From NCBI GenBank assembly GCA_011049455.1, contig DSBL01000136.1, positions 2,789 to 66,788 of the forward strand: 64,000 nucleotides of DNA, read 5' to 3'. The position numbers and the translations under genes are program-made. Below, piece after piece: positions 39,766-48,804 of the stretch. Under the pieces are notes generated by a model that ran no database searches, was not told the DNA's origin, and saw nothing but the letters and a program-made list of their open reading frames with translations. Origin of the DNA: Desulfonatronum sp. (GTDB lineage: Bacteria; Desulfobacterota; Desulfovibrionia; Desulfovibrionales; Desulfonatronaceae). Position 1 is the first letter of the stretch. Every line of letters starts with the position of its first letter.

Positions 39766-41052
39766 ATGGACATCAATTCTCTCTGGCCCCTGCTCAAAAT
39801 CAGCCTGGTCTTTGCAGCCATTCTCCTGGGAATCCGCTGGAAAGCGGGCATCGGCGCTTCCATTCTCCTGGGCAGCCTGCTCTTGGCTCTGCTGTTTCGG
39901 ATCGACCCGGGGGAATGGTTTGCCATCGGCATCCGGGGCATACTTCAGGAAAAGGTGCTTTTGCTGGCCGCTATTGTGCTGTTGATCCTCTACCTGAGCG
40001 ATATGCTCGAGCGAAGCGGTCAGGGGAGGCGGCTGATGCAGCATGTCTCCAGGGTGTTGGTTTGGCCGAGACTGCGTTTAATTTTCTTTCCGGCCTTGAT
40101 CGGTCTGTTGCCCATGCCCGGCGGCGCGGTCTTTTCGGCACCGATGATCAAGGAGATCGGCACCCCTTTGAACGTGCCGCCCCGAACATTGGTCCTGTTG
40201 AACTACTGGTTCCGGCACGTCTGGGAATTGTGTTGGCCGCTTTACCCGGGCATCATTCTGGCCGCCTACATCGCGGACCTTTCCCTGTTCCGTCTGCTTT
40301 CCTTCACATGGCCAAGCTTGGCTTTGACCATCGGACTGGGATGGCTCTTTTATCTCAGGCCAAAAGTCCTGCCTCTGGAAGCAAATTTGGACGTCATTGT
40401 CGAGACGTCATCCGGAAGTCGCCTGGCCATGCTTATCGAAGCCCTGCCACTTTTGATCGCCGTGATCGGAGCTCTTTTCCTGGAAGGTCTGTTGGTCCTG
40501 CTGAAGTTGAATATCCCCGTGGAATGGGGGTTTGTCGCCGCCCTGATCGTGTCCATAGGGTGTACGGCCCTTCAAAACCGACTCGGCGCATCCCGTCTTT
40601 GGCCCATATTCAAAAACCCCCACGCCCTGCACATGCTGTTTCTGGTGGCCTCCATTTTCATGTTCAAGGCAATCTTGGAAGAAGGCGGGGTGGTCCGTGA
40701 TCTTGCAGGCAGCGTGACCACTCCTGCGGCGCTTTTCTGGATCAGTCTGATCCTGCCCTTTATTGTCGGAATAATCTCCGGCTTGACTGTAGCCTTTGTA
40801 GGCGGGACCCTGCCACTGATTCTTGGATTAGCCGCGCAATTAAACATTGACCAGACAATGAGCTATATTGTCCTGACCCTGTTTTCAGGCTATATTGGCG
40901 TGCTGGTTTCGCCGTTGCATGTTTGCCTGATTCTGTCCTGCGGATACTTTCATACCAGTCTGGAAGGCGTCCTAAAAAAGCTGCTTATGCCCTGCGCTCT
41001 CATGCTGCTGGCCGCGATGGGGTACGCCCTGCTTCTGATCCGGGGGGCGTAA
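39766..41052 (+). CDS. DUF401 family membrane protein (IT-superfamily-like)
   Basis: IGLLPMPGGAVFSAPM, NYWFRHVWE..WPLYPG, SPLHVCL; many TMs. Alternative starts 39754/39745. Confidence 0.75.
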   Translation: MDINSLWPLLKISLVFAAILLGIRWKAGIGASILLGSLLLALLFRIDPGEWFAIGIRGILQEKVLLLAAIVLLILYLSDMLERSGQGRRLMQHVSRVLVWPRLRLIFFPALIGLLPMPGGAVFSAPMIKEIGTPLNVPPRTLVLLNYWFRHVWELCWPLYPGIILAAYIADLSLFRLLSFTWPSLALTIGLGWLFYLRPKVLPLEANLDVIVETSSGSRLAMLIEALPLLIAVIGALFLEGLLVLLKLNIPVEWGFVAALIVSIGCTALQNRLGASRLWPIFKNPHALHMLFLVASIFMFKAILEEGGVVRDLAGSVTTPAALFWISLILPFIVGIISGLTVAFVGGTLPLILGLAAQLNIDQTMSYIVLTLFSGYIGVLVSPLHVCLILSCGYFHTSLEGVLKKLLMPCALMLLAAMGYALLLIRGA

Positions 41053-41870
41053 TGCTCGTTTCGGTTGTCATTCCGGTACATAACCGTCCCCTTGCCGTGC
41101 GCCGCGCCGTTCATTCGGCCCTGGCCCAATGCCATGCGCAGGTGGAAATCATTGTCGTGGACGATGGATCAACTGATGACACCCTGATGGCGCTCAAAAA
41201 AATGCAGAACAGTCGACTGAACATTATCCGCCAAGAAAACAAGGGCGTTTCCGCCGCCAGAAACCGGGGATTAAGAGAAGCCCAAGGCGAACTGCTGGCC
41301 TTGCTGGACTCGGACGATGCCTGGCTGCCTCAAAAAACAGCTCGCCATACGCATTACCATCGGGAAGGGGGTTGGCGAATCAGTCAGACGGACGAAATAT
41401 GGGTCCGCAACGGACGCAGGGTCAACCCAGGAAAAATACATGCCAAACAGGAAGGACATTTTTTCGCGGCATCATTGCGCACTTGCCTTATCAGTCCTTC
41501 CTGCGTCATCTTTGACCGGGACCTTTGGGAAGAAATCGGACCTTTTGACGAAGAGCTTCCGGCCTGCGAGGATTACGACCTCTGGTTGCGCACGCTGAGC
41601 CGCTACCCGGTGGGTCTTTGTCCACAAAAACTGGTCGTCAAGACAGGCGGACATGCGGATCAGTTGTCACGAAAAATCATTGGACTGGATTTGTATCGCT
41701 TGCATGCGTTGGACAAGTTGCTTCGTTCCGGGAAATTGAATCCGGAACAAAAAGACCTGGCAAGACATGCCATGCAAACCAAAGCCAACCTGTACATCCG
41801 CGGCTGCCTTAAACGCGACAAGCCGGATGAAGCTTTACGGATCAAGGAATGGATTGAGAAGCGTCGCTGA
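41052..41870 (+). CDS. Glycosyltransferase family 2 protein
   Basis: SVVIPVHNR, IIVVDDGSTDDT, NKGVSAARNRG, LLDSDDAW (DxD), EDYDLWLR; TAATG overlap with the upstream gene. Confidence 0.92.
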   Translation: MLVSVVIPVHNRPLAVRRAVHSALAQCHAQVEIIVVDDGSTDDTLMALKKMQNSRLNIIRQENKGVSAARNRGLREAQGELLALLDSDDAWLPQKTARHTHYHREGGWRISQTDEIWVRNGRRVNPGKIHAKQEGHFFAASLRTCLISPSCVIFDRDLWEEIGPFDEELPACEDYDLWLRTLSRYPVGLCPQKLVVKTGGHADQLSRKIIGLDLYRLHALDKLLRSGKLNPEQKDLARHAMQTKANLYIRGCLKRDKPDEALRIKEWIEKRR

Positions 41871-41897
41871 AATCACAGCCAAAACGAAAAAAAAATG

Positions 41898-42266
41898 CTA
41901 TTTTTGGATAACTATTTCCCGTTTGGTCACGGCCTCGGCCTTGATACGGTCCAGCAGCTCAGCAAGGACCGGTTTGACATGTTCGCGAATATCTCCGGCC
42001 ACGATGATGAACAACAGGTCATCCCCAGGCTGGAACCTTCCTGATTTGGCCTCGACCACAATCCGAAAAATGCCGGGCTTGGCAGAGTATTCCCTGACCA
42101 GAGAGGCAATGGCCGCATCATCCGGAGCGACTTCCAGGGCGGTAACGTGTTGCTTGTTGCGTCTGGACCAGCTACGAACAATTCCATTATGCACGAGCAC
42201 CATGCCGACGTTGTCGGCAAAACCAGGCTCATTTTTCAATTCCGCAATACGTTGGCTGATGTCCAT
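41898..42266 (-). CDS. moaE: Molybdopterin synthase catalytic subunit MoaE-like protein
   Basis: GMVLVHNGIVR, G....GD.L..I.VAGDIRE.V; 122 aa. Confidence 0.8.
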   Translation of the reverse strand: MDISQRIAELKNEPGFADNVGMVLVHNGIVRSWSRRNKQHVTALEVAPDDAAIASLVREYSAKPGIFRIVVEAKSGRFQPGDDLLFIIVAGDIREHVKPVLAELLDRIKAEAVTKREIVIQK

Positions 42267-42299
42267 ATGATTTCCTCATCAGTATAAGGTCTGATCGCC

Positions 42300-44921
42300 A
42301 TGACCATGTATCCAATTTCCGGACTTTTGAAAAGCCTGCCTTCGATCAGCAGCCCGCGCATGATCCTCTCCGGGTTCGGCGTGTGGATTGTCTGGGGTGA
42401 GCAGGCCAACAGCACCATCCATCAGACGCTGCTTCGCTTCGGTGGTCAAAAAATTATTGAGCAGCCGCACCAGAGTCTTTGGTACTTTCAAAACACCCAG
42501 GTTTTTCCAGCCTTGGCCAGACTGCAGATTTGGGCGCAAATTCATCCTGAACCTGTAGTTGTCCAGGTTATGCCTGCCAAAATGGTTTTGGGGGAATCGG
42601 TTCAAGAACTCTCCATCTCCCTGCTCACCCCCCTTGACGACCAAAAAATCGAGCCTGGAAATAATTTTGAAGTCTGGATTCATCCGGAATTGACCAAAAA
42701 AGTCACCGCGTTTCCCGGTCTTTCAGTCCAACAACGTCCTCATCCCTTTGGCATGGCTTCAGTAACATGGAATATTTTCCAGGCTGATCCCACATTTTCC
42801 TTGGACGCTGAATTAAGCTGGCTTTTCTTTGTAAAACCCATGAAGGATCCCGGAAATGAAAGTTTCAACCAGCGCTGGAAACAACTCTACCTGAACCTTA
42901 AAACCATTTTGGATCGCCTTGGAATCCGCTACATCTACCAGGAAGGCCTGCTTTTCTTCAAACTTGACGGCCTGTCCATGCTGACCACCTGGTGCCGGGA
43001 AATCCTGAAAACCATTACCCGGGCCAAGTCGGAAAACCAGCAGGCCTATTGGCCCTGCTTGTTCATGGGGATCAGCCAAAAAGGGTTGGCATTCACCGAT
43101 GAACTTCCCAAAAAGGCGCCTTTGGACTGGAATCGCCTAGCCCCGGACATGCCTCATATTCCTTTGAACGCGGCCCTGCTGTTGCGCGACGCATTCGACA
43201 TTGTTTTTCTTGATTCCGCGGGCACGCTTTCTCTGGAATCACCTTGCCAGGTCTCTCTTGCATCGCCGGCGGAGTCGGAAAAATTTGCCCTTACCTTTCC
43301 GGCTTCCGCCGCATTGTCCTCCGGCGGCAAAACAGCGTGCTTTTATTGCGGCCTGAAAAACCATCGGGCCCAGGAGTGCCCGAGCAGGCACCTCTTCAAC
43401 TGGGATCCAGGTATCTGGGACAAGCTCTCGGTGCTGGATTTCAAGGACATGGGTCTGGCTGTCAAAACCCTGGACAAGCGTATGGACGGGATCAGCCTGA
43501 CAACAGTTCCGGATCTTTTGCAGGCTGAAGCCCCGGAAAACATTATCGCCAGGGCGGTTTTCGAAATTAATGCTCCGGTCCAGCACCGCACGCTTCGGCT
43601 TGTCTGGCGCAGCAAGGGCAAGGATTTCCCCGACGGGCTGCGGCAGCTTTCCCCACCCGAGGGGGATTTCACGTGGGCCGCCTTGGAAAATTTGCGCACC
43701 GGCAATGCCACGCATGCCGAACGCATGATGCAACAGGCCGTCCTGCGCACCCCGAAAAATTATCAACCGCATGTTTTGCTGGGCTTTATCGCCCTGGAAG
43801 CCGACAACAGCCGCAAGGCCGAAACCCACTGGAATGACGCTCAGAGACTTTGCTACACCGCCTTGCAGCATGCCTACCTGATATTACTCAAGGGCAGACT
43901 CATGGAAATTCAGGAAGCATTCGACCAGGCCCACGGCCTGTACCGCGAAGCCCAGGGCTCTTCTCCAAAGTGGCTGGAACCTCGCTATCGTCAGGCAGTT
44001 TGCATGGTCAAAAAAGGTTTCCTGGACCAGGCATGGTCAATCTTTTCCGAATTGCTCGCCGAAGATCCGCACATCTTCAATCGGCTGCTCCTTGATCCTG
44101 AATTGCATCGCGGCAGGCCGTCTCTTTTGGCCTTTTTGGCCGGACCATGGAACGCCGCCAGGCAGTCGGCCCAAAAGGAACGAGAAGAAATGGAAAAATT
44201 GACCACCACGCTGAATGTCTGGTTTGATTCAAACGACCCATTTCATCAGAATACCACGGAACGACTCACCCACATCAGAGAAAAGATGCTGGCCGACAAC
44301 TACGTCGCCTTCAGCAAAACCATCCAACTGGTTCGCAGGCTGCAAAAGGAAACGGAACAGAAAATCAAGGACGCCATAGCAAACGTAAAAATTGCCGTCA
44401 GCCATAACATCGAGCAGTTGCGCCTCATTCAGGAGAAAATCACCGGATTCCCCTTTCCGCGGATCATTAGCCGCATAATCGGCGACACAAATAAATGCGC
44501 CCGTCTGCTGCAATCCATCATCAAAATCGACCTCAATGCCGGAGAAAAGTTTAAGCGCGCCAAGAAGGAACTTCAGGAGGCGGAAACCATTCTGCAGCGA
44601 CTGCAAGGCCGGCTGCGCAGCATAAAAATCCTGCGTGACGGATTGCTTTTTTTCTTGTTTCTCGGCAAAAATTTTCTTTGGCTGGCAGTGATCGGACTCA
44701 TCGCCTCAATCGTTGTTGTTCCTATTCTGCTGCACAGCCTGCAAAAGGCCGATATCCCGTGGGCAACGGAATGGATCTCCAACCAGCGTTGGCAGGTTCA
44801 ACGCGTCGTAAGCACGATCATGCTCATCGTCAGCGCCTTTGTCGCCACGATCTGGACAAGTTTGCGCTTTGAAAAACAAAAACAAAAATATTTGACGGGG
44901 ATCAAAAAGAAAAAAAAATAA
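42300..44921 (+). CDS. 873-aa protein with CCHC zinc knuckle, TPR-like repeats and C-terminal membrane anchor
   Basis: CFYCGLKNHRAQEC at 43338-43379; helical TPR-like repeats; two C-terminal TMs and a poly-Lys tail. Confidence 0.75.
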   Translation: MTMYPISGLLKSLPSISSPRMILSGFGVWIVWGEQANSTIHQTLLRFGGQKIIEQPHQSLWYFQNTQVFPALARLQIWAQIHPEPVVVQVMPAKMVLGESVQELSISLLTPLDDQKIEPGNNFEVWIHPELTKKVTAFPGLSVQQRPHPFGMASVTWNIFQADPTFSLDAELSWLFFVKPMKDPGNESFNQRWKQLYLNLKTILDRLGIRYIYQEGLLFFKLDGLSMLTTWCREILKTITRAKSENQQAYWPCLFMGISQKGLAFTDELPKKAPLDWNRLAPDMPHIPLNAALLLRDAFDIVFLDSAGTLSLESPCQVSLASPAESEKFALTFPASAALSSGGKTACFYCGLKNHRAQECPSRHLFNWDPGIWDKLSVLDFKDMGLAVKTLDKRMDGISLTTVPDLLQAEAPENIIARAVFEINAPVQHRTLRLVWRSKGKDFPDGLRQLSPPEGDFTWAALENLRTGNATHAERMMQQAVLRTPKNYQPHVLLGFIALEADNSRKAETHWNDAQRLCYTALQHAYLILLKGRLMEIQEAFDQAHGLYREAQGSSPKWLEPRYRQAVCMVKKGFLDQAWSIFSELLAEDPHIFNRLLLDPELHRGRPSLLAFLAGPWNAARQSAQKEREEMEKLTTTLNVWFDSNDPFHQNTTERLTHIREKMLADNYVAFSKTIQLVRRLQKETEQKIKDAIANVKIAVSHNIEQLRLIQEKITGFPFPRIISRIIGDTNKCARLLQSIIKIDLNAGEKFKRAKKELQEAETILQRLQGRLRSIKILRDGLLFFLFLGKNFLWLAVIGLIASIVVVPILLHSLQKADIPWATEWISNQRWQVQRVVSTIMLIVSAFVATIWTSLRFEKQKQKYLTGIKKKKK

Positions 44922-44950
44922 AAAAACGGAGCCCAAGGGCTCCGTTTTTA
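44921..44950. terminator. Bidirectional intrinsic terminator between the TPR gene and dsrC
   Basis: AAAAAACGGAGCC-CAAG-GGCTCCGTTTTT between convergent genes. Confidence 0.85.
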
Positions 44951-44977
44951 TGAATAATCAAAATCAAAAAAAGCTTC

Positions 44978-45295
44978 TTATACGCAGCCGGTGGGCTTGG
45001 GCAACCCGGCCATCTTGCAGGCTCCCTTGCCGGGTCCGGACGGGAAGAGCTCATAGATGTGCTTCAACTTGAAGCCGGTAACCTTGGACAAAATTCGAAC
45101 CATCGGGGCGATGCCGTTTTTCTTATAGTAATCCTGCAAGAAATCGATGACCTTTGTATGCTCGTCGGTGACTTCCTTAATGCCCTCGCTCTCTTGTACG
45201 AATTCTACCCATTCCGGACACCAATCATCAAAACGCTGCAAGAAACCGTCTTCGTCGATCTCAAAGGTCTTTCCCTTAAATTCAACTGTGGCCAT
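44978..45295 (-). CDS. dsrC: Dissimilatory sulfite reductase sulfur carrier DsrC
   Basis: 105 aa MATVEFKGK...DEDGFL...ELFPSGPGKGACKMAGLPKPTGCV with both C-terminal Cys; GGAGG SD. Confidence 0.97.
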   Translation of the reverse strand: MATVEFKGKTFEIDEDGFLQRFDDWCPEWVEFVQESEGIKEVTDEHTKVIDFLQDYYKKNGIAPMVRILSKVTGFKLKHIYELFPSGPGKGACKMAGLPKPTGCV

Positions 45296-45338
45296 TGGTA
45301 ACCTCCTTAAAACAGATGTTAGAGCCGAAATTAGTGTG

Positions 45339-45367
45339 CAGTTAGCACCGTCCAGAACCCTTGTCAA
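45339..45367 (-). promoter_or_regulatory. Candidate dsrC-proximal sigma70 promoter
   Basis: TTGACA-17 nt-TAACTG with TG extended -10 on the minus strand. Confidence 0.5.
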
Positions 45368-45391
45368 AAAGCCCGGGAGTATATCCCGGGC
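45366..45391 (-). terminator. Intrinsic terminator upstream of dsrC
   Basis: GCCCGGGA-TATAC-TCCCGGGC followed by T5, overlapping the -35 of the proximal promoter. Confidence 0.65.
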
Positions 45392-45488
45392 AGTTTTGCG
45401 TCATAAGCACATTATCAAAAAAAATGAAATAAACGCTTCAAACACCTCGCACGACTTGTTTGTTCGTGAACCATGAACTCTTTTGGTT

Positions 45489-45517
45489 CTTTTAAATGTG
45501 ATAAATTTTCTTGTCAA
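45489..45517 (-). promoter_or_regulatory. Candidate distal sigma70 promoter upstream of dsrC
   Basis: TTGACA-17 nt-TAAAAG on the minus strand. Confidence 0.35.
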
Positions 45518-45580
45518 TGGCCAACATACATTCTTTCTCAAACGAAAGCCGGGCGTCTGGCGTCTTCTTTTTTTAAATTT

Positions 45581-47323
45581 TTAAAGACAGGCAGACGATT
45601 CAAGCAATTCCTGCAAATGGGTTTTGGCGAAATCCAGTTCTGGGTCTAGTTCCAGCGCTGACTGCAAAAGCTCTGCGGCCTCGCCCTTTCGCCCCTGAAA
45701 CTTGGCGCAGAGCCCTTTGTTCGCTAAATCCACGGCTGAACCGCCGTCCAGATCCAAGGCGGCCTGAAAATCCATTTCCGCCAGAACATACTTACCCAGC
45801 TTGAACTTGGCCACGCCCCGAAGATTGAAATATTCCTTCAACTCCGGGCATAAGCAAATGGCCCGGTCCAGATGCGCTATGCTCGACGACCACTCTTGTG
45901 CCTGGCTCAGGGCATAGCCCTGATAAAATGCGGCCAATGCCCGGTCATCATCATGATCAAGGCCTGGCTCGCTCTCGGCCAGCAATTGCAGTGCCTCGTG
46001 GTTCCTCCCCTGGCGAATTGCCAATAATCCCTCAAAAAAAATGGGAAACGACTCCCGTGGATAGATGCTTCGCAAGACTCGCAACCCGGCCTGGGCCTGT
46101 TCGTCGGGACAGTCTTCGGCCAGGATGCGGCCGACAAAAAGCCCCACGGAAGGATAACGAGCACGCTCACGAAACCGAAACCCCGGAACAAAAGAATAAT
46201 GAGCCGGAATGCCCAGATCCGGATGGGTCATATCCGTGGTGAAGACGCGCATACCCGATCTCGAAAGCCTGCTGGTCAACATCAGCAGTTCCTCGTAAAT
46301 GTCACTGCTTTCAATGGAGGGCAATTCCTCGAGGGAAACAACGGGACCTTGTTCCAACCAGTGCAATTGCGAAAGGCTGGTCAGCTTGGGCAGTCCGGAA
46401 GCTTCATAGTTGCTGTCAGTCTCAAAGTCACCGGCCAATTGCGCAACTTCGGTCAAGGCCCGAATCGCTGCCTTGGCCGGAGAGGTGGCTGTTCCGGCGG
46501 TAAAGACGATCTCGCTCATGCGCGGAAATGTTTCCGGATCGTACGCCACGGCGGCTACGGTAGGCACCGGAAACCCCAATGAAAAATCCTTGAGCAGAAC
46601 ACTGACGCCCTGACGTGCAAAGGCCGACCAAAGTTCATCCAAGACCGGATCAACAAGGGTATCGGCGGCAATGGTCGGCCTTACGGCCCGTTGCTCACCC
46701 ACTATGGCGCAAACATGACGTTCCACAAGTTCGCACACACCCTGCAAGACGGATTCCTCGGCCGTGTTTCCCGCTGAAGACCCATTGAATTCATTAATTT
46801 TCTTGAACCAATCCAACGGGGCGAAATATTCGTGACCGGATCGCACTTCAACCACAGGTCCAAATTTCCAGGCAATCAGGTCCATGACTTTTTGCGCATG
46901 ATCCTCGGAAATATCCTCTGCAACCGATTTGGTGATTTCCTCGATGGGCAAAATTGAAGCGGGCCATAGCTTTTCCGCCTGACTCCAAGTGGCAGTTGAA
47001 AAACGCCGTGCATCAGCCCAAAACTCGAAAAAACTGTACCGCTCCACCAGTTCCATCAATGCCGAAGCTTCGGCCTGTGCAGCGGACGCGCCCTTGCCCA
47101 TCTGCTTGCGCGTGGACATGACCGCCTGGGCCCTGTGACCGCAAATGCTCATGAATACGGGAATTCCAAGACGTCCCGTGTCAACGCGTCTGGTCCGGGC
47201 TAAAATGTCCTTTCCATAAAGAGAGAACGCCGAACAGACCCTGGATACGGTCTTTTCCGGAGAGCAGAACTTGTCCAGTTCTCGAGTGTGTCCCTTGGGA
47301 CAGGAGCCTAGCAGCAGGGTCAT
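45581..47323 (-). CDS. YcaO-like protein with C-terminal TPR repeats
   Basis: MGKG.....AEASALMELVER, NGSSAGNT.EE..LQG..ELVER, RALTEVAQ; TPR-like C-terminus (EYFNLRGVAKFKLG...AEMDF..AL.LD). Confidence 0.9.
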   Translation of the reverse strand: MTLLLGSCPKGHTRELDKFCSPEKTVSRVCSAFSLYGKDILARTRRVDTGRLGIPVFMSICGHRAQAVMSTRKQMGKGASAAQAEASALMELVERYSFFEFWADARRFSTATWSQAEKLWPASILPIEEITKSVAEDISEDHAQKVMDLIAWKFGPVVEVRSGHEYFAPLDWFKKINEFNGSSAGNTAEESVLQGVCELVERHVCAIVGEQRAVRPTIAADTLVDPVLDELWSAFARQGVSVLLKDFSLGFPVPTVAAVAYDPETFPRMSEIVFTAGTATSPAKAAIRALTEVAQLAGDFETDSNYEASGLPKLTSLSQLHWLEQGPVVSLEELPSIESSDIYEELLMLTSRLSRSGMRVFTTDMTHPDLGIPAHYSFVPGFRFRERARYPSVGLFVGRILAEDCPDEQAQAGLRVLRSIYPRESFPIFFEGLLAIRQGRNHEALQLLAESEPGLDHDDDRALAAFYQGYALSQAQEWSSSIAHLDRAICLCPELKEYFNLRGVAKFKLGKYVLAEMDFQAALDLDGGSAVDLANKGLCAKFQGRKGEAAELLQSALELDPELDFAKTHLQELLESSACL

Positions 47324-48105
47324 GGGTGTTTCATGCGAAAAACGAAAATTTGTCGTTTTGGAGGCTCTGGCCTTGTTCCTGGCGAGGAACCCTGGAATGA
47401 CGTCCTGTCTTCAGGGCGGGAGACAATGCTGCGGGCAATGTGAAAATATTCCTTGGCCGCGACAAAAAACCGCAGGACCCGTCTGCCGGCGTCTGCTGTG
47501 AGCACGATCTCGCTTGAAGGCTCGGGACTCAAATGTGCCCGGAAAAAATGCAGCAGGGGAGCAAAAAAGGCTTCCTTATAAAGAATCTCGGAGCCTACTA
47601 TATGGGAATATTGACCTTGGTGTTTGCCGTCAAAAAAGTCCATGTACCGTACTTCGACGTTGCGGGCCAAATCGTTCTGCAGGGAGTTGATCCGAGCAAA
47701 CACAAGGGCATCGGGGTTATTGTCAGTGACGACCACGGGAAACCCCCGATGAGCCGCAAACAAGCCGGCCACCCCCAGTCCGGCGCCGATTTCCAGAACC
47801 CTGTCTCCTTCATTTGGCGTTTGGCGTTGCATGTACATGGCCAACGGCAAACAAGCCGGCCAGATTTTCGCCCAAAGCGGGAGCGCATCAGCCCCTTCCA
47901 GCGTCTCCAAGTGCTCAAATTGCTGGTCAATAAATCTTTCCATGTCCGTCAATTGGAGAAAATCCAAAACCACGCTCCCAACCCGAACGGCTGCAAAGTC
48001 AACCTCCTGGCTGGCGCATACCCGGTCAAGCAAATCTTCCAGAGGCATTTCCTGCAAAAGATTTGTCAATTCGCGAAGGGATATGTTCCGTCCGAGTAGC
48101 TTCAT
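47320..48105 (-). CDS. Class I SAM-dependent methyltransferase, METTL20/21-like (protein-lysine MTase family)
   Basis: LPLWAKIWPA, VLEIGAGLG.AG, VVTD, GSEILY; ATGA overlap with ycaO. Confidence 0.82.
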   Translation of the reverse strand: MKLLGRNISLRELTNLLQEMPLEDLLDRVCASQEVDFAAVRVGSVVLDFLQLTDMERFIDQQFEHLETLEGADALPLWAKIWPACLPLAMYMQRQTPNEGDRVLEIGAGLGVAGLFAAHRGFPVVVTDNNPDALVFARINSLQNDLARNVEVRYMDFFDGKHQGQYSHIVGSEILYKEAFFAPLLHFFRAHLSPEPSSEIVLTADAGRRVLRFFVAAKEYFHIARSIVSRPEDRTSFQGSSPGTRPEPPKRQIFVFRMKHP

Positions 48106-48209
48106 TGGAATATATCAGGAAGAACGCAGGATTTGATTTCAGGGCACAAAGACAAACCGGAACTGGTGGAATTCAAAAATTTTACCAGAAAATCCAGAAA
48201 ATGAGAAAA

Positions 48210-48284
<75 letters not shown>

Positions 48285-48304
48285 ATGGGCAGTCAAGAAA
48301 TAAA

Positions 48305-48379
48305 TGGAGGCGGCATCCGGATTTGAACCGGAGAATCGCGGTTTTGCAGACCGCTGCCTTACCACTTGGCTATGCCGCC
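48305..48379 (-). tRNA. tRNA-Cys (GCA)
   Basis: GGCGGCATAGCCAAGTGGTAAGGCAGCGGTCTGCAAAACCGCGATTCTCCGGTTCAAATCCGGATGCCGCCTCCA; U73 discriminator, encoded CCA. Confidence 0.97.
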
Positions 48380-48387
48380 TGATAAAA

Positions 48388-48462
<75 letters not shown>

Positions 48463-48475
48463 CCAAAGAATCGAG

Positions 48476-48504
48476 TATTTAGTCAAGGTGCGGAAACCTG
48501 TCAA
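48476..48504 (-). promoter_or_regulatory. Candidate promoter of the tRNA cluster
   Basis: TTGACA-17 nt-TAAATA, ending 13 nt before the first tRNA. Confidence 0.55.
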
Positions 48505-48804
48505 GGTTGTCCCAAAAATGCGTACCGGGACACGACGCCAGAGAACAGTCGCCAGCACGCTGTCCAACTCGTTGCAGCAGGAGCATGATCGACATCAGAT
48601 CATTCAGGCTTTTGGAATCGAAACATTTCACGCTGGTATTCTTGCACGCGCGGATTCGAACTATTCCCGAACCTCTTTCACGGGTTTGCCTTGATGAATT
48701 CTTGGGGTATACTTTTTTGGACAACAAAATTTTCACGTTTCGCACAGGATTTGCCCTTAGGATGCATCTAACATTCACATCCAAAAAAACAAAAGGAGAA
48801 AACC

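Noticed and set aside
45455-45515. Rex operator upstream of dsrC
   Set aside because: Only half-sites (TTCGTGAA; TGTGATAA) without a matching inverted half.
45296-45580. 19-20-codon ORFs as a RiPP precursor for YcaO
   Set aside because: No SD, no leader/core pattern, and they overlap promoter and terminator elements.
48738-48753. TCGCAC-N5-TTGC upstream of rubrerythrin as a sigma54 promoter
   Set aside because: The nearly invariant GG at -25/-24 is CG.
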